Assembly: GCA_045614725.1 (NCBI GenBank)
Contig: JAZLDK010000071.1
Span: 1-36,407 of the forward strand
DNA length: 36,407 nt
Origin: Candidatus Enterousia sp.
GTDB lineage: Bacteria; Pseudomonadota; Alphaproteobacteria; Rs-D84
Direction: 5' to 3'
Shown: piece by piece, positions 31,137 to 36,407 of the stretch
How the letters are laid out: the number at the start of each line of letters is the position of its first letter
Numbering within the stretch: position 1 is the first letter of the stretch
The notes under the pieces: model-generated
Told to the model about the DNA's origin: nothing
Databases searched by the model: none
What the model saw: only the letters and a program-made list of their open reading frames with translations
Position numbers and translations under genes: made by a program

Positions 31137-34100
31137 ATGAGCAATATGTTGCAAAAGATATTTGGACAAATTGAAACTAAGGAACAGTTTGATGCCTTGC
31201 GCATTACAATTGCATCCCCCGAAGAAATCTTGTCCTGGTCACATGGTGAGGTTAAAAAACCAGAAACAATTAACTATCACTCGATGAAACCAGAAGCAGA
31301 AGGTTTGTTCTGCCAGCAGATTTTCGGACCTGTCAAGGATTACGAATGTGCCTGTGGTAAATACAAAAGAATTAAGTTCCGTGGCGTTGTTTGTGAACGT
31401 TGTGGGGTCGAAGTTGGCTCTTCATCGGTTCGTCGCGAACGCATGGGACACATAAAATTGGCGATGCCTGTGGCGCACACATGGTTCCTGCGCGAAGGCA
31501 AAATTGCCACATTGTTGAATAATCTGCCACAAAAGAAATTGGAACAGGTTATTTCATACGATGCCTATATCGTTATTGAACCAGGTTTAACTAATTTGAA
31601 ACAGTACGATGTCATCAGCGAAGATGAATATCAGGCGGCTGTTGAAGAATTTGGTGCGGACGCATTCCATGTTGGCATTGGTGCCGAAGGTGTGCGCTCT
31701 ATTATCGCGAATTTGGATATGGGTGATGAACGCACACGTCTGCGCGCGGAATTATCCGAAACAAAATCCGAAGCGAAACGCAAATCTATTATTAAACAGT
31801 TGAAACTGGTCGAAGCGTTCTTGGATTCCAAGACAGAACCTGCATGGATGATGCCGGACATTATTCCGGTAATTCCACCAGATATGCGTCCATTGGTCAC
31901 ATTGGATGCGGGTCATGTTGCGGCATCTGACTTGAACGATTTGTATCGTCGCGTAATTATCCGTAATAATCGTCTGAAACGCTTTATGGAAATGCATGCA
32001 CCTGAAATCATTGTTCGCAATGAAAAGCGCATGTTGCAGGAAGCGGTGGATTCATTGTTCGACAACGGTCACAAGGCCCGTCCAATGGTATCCCAGAACC
32101 GTCGCCCATTGAAATCATTGTCTGATTCTTTGCGTGGTAAGTCCGGTCGTTTCCGTATGAACATGTTGGGTAAGCGTGTGGACTATTCCGGTCGTTCGGT
32201 TATTGTGTCTGGTCCAACATTGAAACTGCATCAGGTTGGTTTGCCCAAGACAATGGCATTGGAATTATTCAAACCATTCGTATTTGCGCGTTTGATGGCC
32301 GGTGATTATGCAAACACAATTAAAACAGCCCGCAAAATGGTTGAAAACGGCGAAGATGTCGTATGGGAAATCTTGGAAAAGGTTATCCACGAACATCCAG
32401 TTTTGTTGAACCGTGCACCAACCTTGCACCGTCTGTCCCTGCTGGCATTCGAACCGGTTTTGATAGAAGGCAAGGCCATCCGTCTGCACCCATTGGTCTG
32501 CGCTGGATTTAACGCTGACTTTGACGGTGACCAGATGTCTGTGCACGTTCCAATCTCGCTTGAGGCTCAATTGGAAGCACGCACCTTGATGCTGTCTTCG
32601 AACAACGTTTTGTCACCTGCGAACGGTGCGCCAATGATTGTTCCAACCCAGGACATGGTATTGGGCGTGTACTATATCTCGTTGATTAATGGCGAACATG
32701 ATGACAAGTCCCCACGCTTTGCGAACATGGACGAAGTGAAATTGGCATTGGAAAACAAGACAATTACACTGCACACACCAATTGTTGCGCGTATCAACGG
32801 AAAAACATACAAAACAACCGCTGGTCGTATGATTTTGGGTGCATTGTTGCCAAAATCCGACAAGATGGAATTCGATTTGGTTAACAAAGTTATGCCAGCC
32901 AAAGAAATCAAGGCGTTGCTGGCCACAACTTATGAACGTTGCGGTGACAAGGCCATGATTCTGTTGGCGGACGCTTTGAAAGACACAGGTTTTGAACAGG
33001 CGGCACGAAGCGGTATTTCCATTGGTTATGACGACATCGTTATTCCTGCGGAAAAGAAAGATATTATCGCCGAATCCGAAGCCACCGCCCAGGAAATCGA
33101 AGAACAGTATCAGAACGGTTTGCTCTCTGGTGGTGAACGCTATAACAAATTGGTCGATATGTGGCAGAAAACAACCGACAAATTGGGTGATATGGCGTAT
33201 GCATCATTGGGTAAATCAACCGGTGACAATTGGAATTCCATCCACATGATGGCGTTGTCCGGTGCCCGTGGTTCCAAGCGTCAGATTCAACAGTTGGCCG
33301 GTATGCGTGGTATGATGTCCAAACCAGACGGTTCTATTATCGAAGTTCCAATTATATCGAACTTTAAAGAAGGTCTGACCATGGCGGAATACTTTACATC
33401 CACCCACGGTGCGCGTAAAGGTATGTCCGACACGGCGTTGAAAACAGCTGACGCTGGTTATTTGACCCGTCGTTTGGTTGAATTGGCCCAGAACACAGTT
33501 ATCACCGAACACGATTGCGGTACAACAGAATTCGTGACGGCAAAACCTGTTTATCAGGGTTCGACATTGTCTGTTGCGTTGGGTGATGTTGTATTGGGTC
33601 GCACCGCGGCACATGACATTGTTCATCCAATTACCAAGGAAGTAATTGTCCCAGCCGGCGAATTGATTACCAAGGCCGCATCCAAGGCAATTAATGAATC
33701 AGGCCTGCCATCCGTTGATGTTCGCAGTGTTCTGACATGTTGCAGTGACGGTCTGTGTGCAAAATGTTATGGTATGGACCTGTCGCGTAACGCATTGGTA
33801 CATGTTGGCGAAGCGGTTGGTGTTATCGCGGGTCAGTCGATTGGTGAACCAGGTACTCAGTTGACATTGCGTACTTTCCACATTGGTGGTGTTGCTGCTG
33901 GTGGTGCGGAAAGTCACTTTATCGAAGTCCCAGTATCCGGTACAATCAAATTGTCTGGCGTGAACACAATTAAGAACAGTGCTGGCCGTATCGTTGTATT
34001 AAGCCGCAATGGTAAATTGTTGGTTGTGGATGGCGAAGGCAAAGAACTGTTCAGCAGCAGCCTGCCATATGCATCTATGTTGATTGTTAACGATGGCGAT

Positions 34101-35246
34101 TCCGTTGAAAAGGGCGCGAAAGTGGCCGAATGGGATCCATATTCGAACACAATCATCGCTGAAAAGGACGGTATTGTAAACTTCAACGACTTGATTGAAA
34201 ATGTTTCATATCAGGAAGAAGTTGATTCCATGACCGGTATTGTATCGCGCAAGGTTATTAACTGGAAAACAAACACCAAGAAGGCATTAAAACCTGCGGT
34301 CACATTGGTTGACGACAAGGGTAATGTTATTTCCTTGGGTGGCAAGAAGATTGCAGAATATTTGCTGCCAATCTATTCGGTATTGAATGTTGCGAACGGT
34401 GACCATGTTGTTGCTGGTGACATTTTGGCCCGCATCCCTGTTCAGGCAAAGCGTACGGGCGACATTACCGGTGGTCTGCCACGCGTTAACGAATTGTTAG
34501 AAGTTCGTCGTCCAACTAATCCTGCCTTGTTGGCTGAAATCGACGGTACGGTTGAATTGGAAGATTCCAAATCCAAAATCATCATTCGTATCGAACCAAC
34601 AGATGGCACAGCACCTGTTGAATATGCGGTTCCAAAGGGTACAAACCTGTTGGTACGCAGTGGTGACACCGTGCGCAAGGCTGAAAAGTTGGTTGATGGT
34701 GATCCGGTTCCTCAGGACATCTTGCGTATCTTGGGCCAGAAAGCCTTGGCAACATTTATGGTTGACCAGATTCAGCAAGTTTACCGTCTGCAGGGCGTGG
34801 TAATTAACGACAAGCATATTGAAATTTTGATACGCGAAATGACCCGTCGTGTTGAAATTACAAACCCTGGCGACACTGGTTTCTTGATGGGACAGGTTGT
34901 TGACCGTGTTGATTTCGAAGAAGAAAATGCGCGTGTTGCGCGTGATGGTGGTCGCTTGGCCGAAGCCTCGCAGGTATTGGTTGGTTTGACCCGTGCATCA
35001 TTGACATCGCGTTCATTTATATCGAATGCATCGTTCCAACAGACAACCAAGGTATTGGTTGATGCCGCCATCAGCGGTTCGACCGACAAATTGGTTGGTA
35101 TTAACGAAAACTTGATTGTTGGTCGCTTGATACCAATTGGAACCGGCGCGTATGTTCGTCGCGTTCGCGAAATTGCCAAAGAAGAAGAAAAAGCAGAAAG
35201 ATTGGCACGCGAAGGCAATGGTCAGCAGCAGTTGCTGGATATCTAA
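31137..35246 (+). CDS. rpoC: DNA-directed RNA polymerase subunit beta'
   Basis: 1369 aa with the zinc-binding CACGKYKRIKFRGVVCERCG, the catalytic NADFDGDQM, and conserved blocks such as GLPRVNELLE. Confidence 0.98.
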   Translation: MSNMLQKIFGQIETKEQFDALRITIASPEEILSWSHGEVKKPETINYHSMKPEAEGLFCQQIFGPVKDYECACGKYKRIKFRGVVCERCGVEVGSSSVRRERMGHIKLAMPVAHTWFLREGKIATLLNNLPQKKLEQVISYDAYIVIEPGLTNLKQYDVISEDEYQAAVEEFGADAFHVGIGAEGVRSIIANLDMGDERTRLRAELSETKSEAKRKSIIKQLKLVEAFLDSKTEPAWMMPDIIPVIPPDMRPLVTLDAGHVAASDLNDLYRRVIIRNNRLKRFMEMHAPEIIVRNEKRMLQEAVDSLFDNGHKARPMVSQNRRPLKSLSDSLRGKSGRFRMNMLGKRVDYSGRSVIVSGPTLKLHQVGLPKTMALELFKPFVFARLMAGDYANTIKTARKMVENGEDVVWEILEKVIHEHPVLLNRAPTLHRLSLLAFEPVLIEGKAIRLHPLVCAGFNADFDGDQMSVHVPISLEAQLEARTLMLSSNNVLSPANGAPMIVPTQDMVLGVYYISLINGEHDDKSPRFANMDEVKLALENKTITLHTPIVARINGKTYKTTAGRMILGALLPKSDKMEFDLVNKVMPAKEIKALLATTYERCGDKAMILLADALKDTGFEQAARSGISIGYDDIVIPAEKKDIIAESEATAQEIEEQYQNGLLSGGERYNKLVDMWQKTTDKLGDMAYASLGKSTGDNWNSIHMMALSGARGSKRQIQQLAGMRGMMSKPDGSIIEVPIISNFKEGLTMAEYFTSTHGARKGMSDTALKTADAGYLTRRLVELAQNTVITEHDCGTTEFVTAKPVYQGSTLSVALGDVVLGRTAAHDIVHPITKEVIVPAGELITKAASKAINESGLPSVDVRSVLTCCSDGLCAKCYGMDLSRNALVHVGEAVGVIAGQSIGEPGTQLTLRTFHIGGVAAGGAESHFIEVPVSGTIKLSGVNTIKNSAGRIVVLSRNGKLLVVDGEGKELFSSSLPYASMLIVNDGDSVEKGAKVAEWDPYSNTIIAEKDGIVNFNDLIENVSYQEEVDSMTGIVSRKVINWKTNTKKALKPAVTLVDDKGNVISLGGKKIAEYLLPIYSVLNVANGDHVVAGDILARIPVQAKRTGDITGGLPRVNELLEVRRPTNPALLAEIDGTVELEDSKSKIIIRIEPTDGTAPVEYAVPKGTNLLVRSGDTVRKAEKLVDGDPVPQDILRILGQKALATFMVDQIQQVYRLQGVVINDKHIEILIREMTRRVEITNPGDTGFLMGQVVDRVDFEEENARVARDGGRLAEASQVLVGLTRASLTSRSFISNASFQQTTKVLVDAAISGSTDKLVGINENLIVGRLIPIGTGAYVRRVREIAKEEEKAERLAREGNGQQQLLDI

Positions 35247-35252
35247 ATCTTG

Positions 35253-35290
35253 CCCGTGGGGGATAAAATCCCCCTTGGGTTAAAGTTTTT
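35253..35290 (+). terminator. Terminator after rpoC
   Basis: A long stem (CCCGTGGGGGA / TCCCCCTTGGG, loop TAAAA) is followed by TTAAAGTTTTT. Confidence 0.65.
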
Positions 35291-35291
35291 C

Positions 35292-35319
35292 TTGCAAATA
35301 CGCAGAAAATGAATAGAAT
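35292..35319 (+). promoter_or_regulatory. Sigma70-type promoter (TTGCAA-16-TAGAAT) for rpmF-plsX
   Basis: TTGCAA at 35292-35297, a 16-nt spacer, TAGAAT at 35314-35319. An RBS (AAAGGA) lies before the ATG at 35349. Confidence 0.5.
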
Positions 35320-35348
35320 AGGACAGCTAGTAATAAAAAGGATAAAAA

Positions 35349-35498
35349 ATGGCAACGCCAAAAAGTAAAACAAGTAAAGCACGTTCCGCACAGCGTCGTT
35401 CCCACGATGGTCTGTCTGTAATGCCATGCGGTGTATGCAAAACATGTGGCGAAAAGAAACGCCCACATCATGTATGTCCTGCATGCGGTGCAAAATAA
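35349..35498 (+). CDS. rpmF: 50S ribosomal protein L32 (49 aa; below the ORF-track cutoff)
   Basis: My own translation is MATPKSKTSKARSAQRRSHDGLSVMPCGVCKTCGEKKRPHHVCPACGAK*. This is the canonical L32 N-terminus plus a C-x2-C...C-x2-C zinc ribbon. The conserved rpmF-plsX arrangement supports the call. Confidence 0.9.
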   Translation: MATPKSKTSKARSAQRRSHDGLSVMPCGVCKTCGEKKRPHHVCPACGAK

Positions 35499-35520
35499 TC
35501 TAACTAATCACGGATAAAAG

Positions 35521-35560
35521 GCAGAAGCAGGGCGCATAATGTGCCTTTTCTGCTTTTTTA
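35521..35560 (+). terminator. Hairpin plus T run between rpmF and plsX (terminator or attenuator)
   Basis: An extended stem (GCAGAA...GGCGC ATAAT GTGCC...TTCTGC) is followed by TTTTTT. Confidence 0.6.
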
Positions 35561-35569
35561 CATTATACC

Positions 35570-36407
35570 ATGTCAGATACAAAAAAAATCATATCAATTG
35601 ATGCCATGAGTGGTGACAAAGGTCCCAAGGCCGTTTTGGGCGGCATGAACCAGTTCCTGTATCAAAATGGCGAAGGTGGTGTTTTCTTTCGTGTTTTTGG
35701 CGATGAAAAGCGTTTGCGCAAAATGCTGGAAAAATATCCACGCGTTGCGCGCAATTGCGAAATCATCCACGCGCCAAATGTGGTCAAGGGCACGGACAAG
35801 GTTATGGAAATTCTGCGCCACGCCCAGGACACATCAATGTACATGGCTATCAAAGACGTACGCGAGGGTAAATCTGCTGCGGTTATCAGTGCTGGAAATA
35901 CCGGTGTGTTTATGTCGCTTTCTAAATTGGCGTTAAAGACACTTGATGGTATATCACGCCCTGCGATTACGACAATGTTGCCATCCGGTGGCGGTGACAG
36001 TCGTGTGGTTGTTTTGGATTTGGGCGCAAATGTTCAGTGTGATGAAAGTATTCTGTTTGACTTTACCGTTTTGGGCAGCGTCTATGCCGAGGTTATCGGC
36101 CACATGGCAAAACCGAAACTGGGGGTATTAAATATCGGTTCCGAAGAAACCAAGGGCAACGAAACCCTGCAACATTTGAACAGGGTTTTATCCGCGCACA
36201 AGGATGAATTGCCATACGAATATCTGGGCTTTGTCGAAGCAAATGATATCAGTGCCGGTAATGTCCAGGTTGTCGTCACGGATGGATTTACGGGCAACAT
36301 CGTGTTAAAGACGGTCGAAGGCACCGCCAAGTTAATCAAACGCGTTGTTGTTGAAAATTTCAAGAAATCTGTGTTGGCGATAATTGGCGCATTTTTCTTG
36401 GTGCATG
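35570..36407 (+). CDS. plsX: Phosphate acyltransferase PlsX (5' part; it runs off the window end and is not in the ORF track)
   Basis: My own translation from ATG 35570 is MSDTKKIISIDAMSGDKGPKAVLGGMN...AVISAGNTGVFMSL...VVVLDLGANV...LGVLNIGSEETKGNE...VVVTDGFTGNIVLKTVEGTAK. These are the conserved PlsX blocks, and the frame stays open to the last base. Confidence 0.9.
   Translation, partial: MSDTKKIISIDAMSGDKGPKAVLGGMNQFLYQNGEGGVFFRVFGDEKRLRKMLEKYPRVARNCEIIHAPNVVKGTDKVMEILRHAQDTSMYMAIKDVREGKSAAVISAGNTGVFMSLSKLALKTLDGISRPAITTMLPSGGGDSRVVVLDLGANVQCDESILFDFTVLGSVYAEVIGHMAKPKLGVLNIGSEETKGNETLQHLNRVLSAHKDELPYEYLGFVEANDISAGNVQVVVTDGFTGNIVLKTVEGTAKLIKRVVVENFKKSVLAIIGAFFLVH

Overview
This 36.4-kb window looks like a chromosomal segment from an alphaproteobacterium. 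That call rests on a GapR/DUF2312 gene, a DD-carboxypeptidase with a SPOR tail, and the order tRNA-Trp-secE-nusG-rplK-rplA-rplJ-rplL-rpoB-rpoC followed by rpmF-plsX; it is an inference, since no database search was possible. Most of the window is housekeeping: a marR/outer-membrane-factor/adaptor/RND efflux operon, a HAD hydrolase, pyk, a PBP5-like carboxypeptidase, recR, rsmA, a Kef-type K+/H+ antiporter, lspA, yidC, the ribosomal-protein/RNA-polymerase cluster, rpmF and the 5' part of plsX. Many genes are framed by near-consensus sigma70 promoters (often TTGCAA-16-TAnAAT) and clear hairpin-plus-T-run terminators. Three accessory patches stand out. (1) 17.6-23.4 kb, minus strand: a stand-alone virB8-virB9-virB10 operon with non-canonical proteins. 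VirB9 carries a roughly 200-aa C-terminal extension ending in a SPOR-like domain. VirB10 is about twice normal size, with an extra N-terminal beta-sandwich-like domain, a perfect (PE)12 tract and a 12-cysteine C-terminal tail. No T4SS ATPase, VirB6 or pilin gene lies in the window. The operon is followed by tandem terminators, a repeat-rich intergenic region containing a (TA)10 tract, and two orphan small genes. This is my best candidate for the undescribed system. (2) 7.4-9.0 kb: an AT-richer module with its own promoter, encoding a secreted cysteine-rich protein and a Pol-beta-fold nucleotidyltransferase (G-X11-D-X-D motif) with a strongly basic C-terminal tail. (3) 0.05-1.2 kb: a TTCGAA motif cluster, a very AT-rich GNAT gene and a small acidic ORF boxed in by terminators. 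I found no transposase, integrase, CRISPR array or rRNA gene. All family assignments come from reading motifs in the translations by eye and need HMM or structure confirmation.
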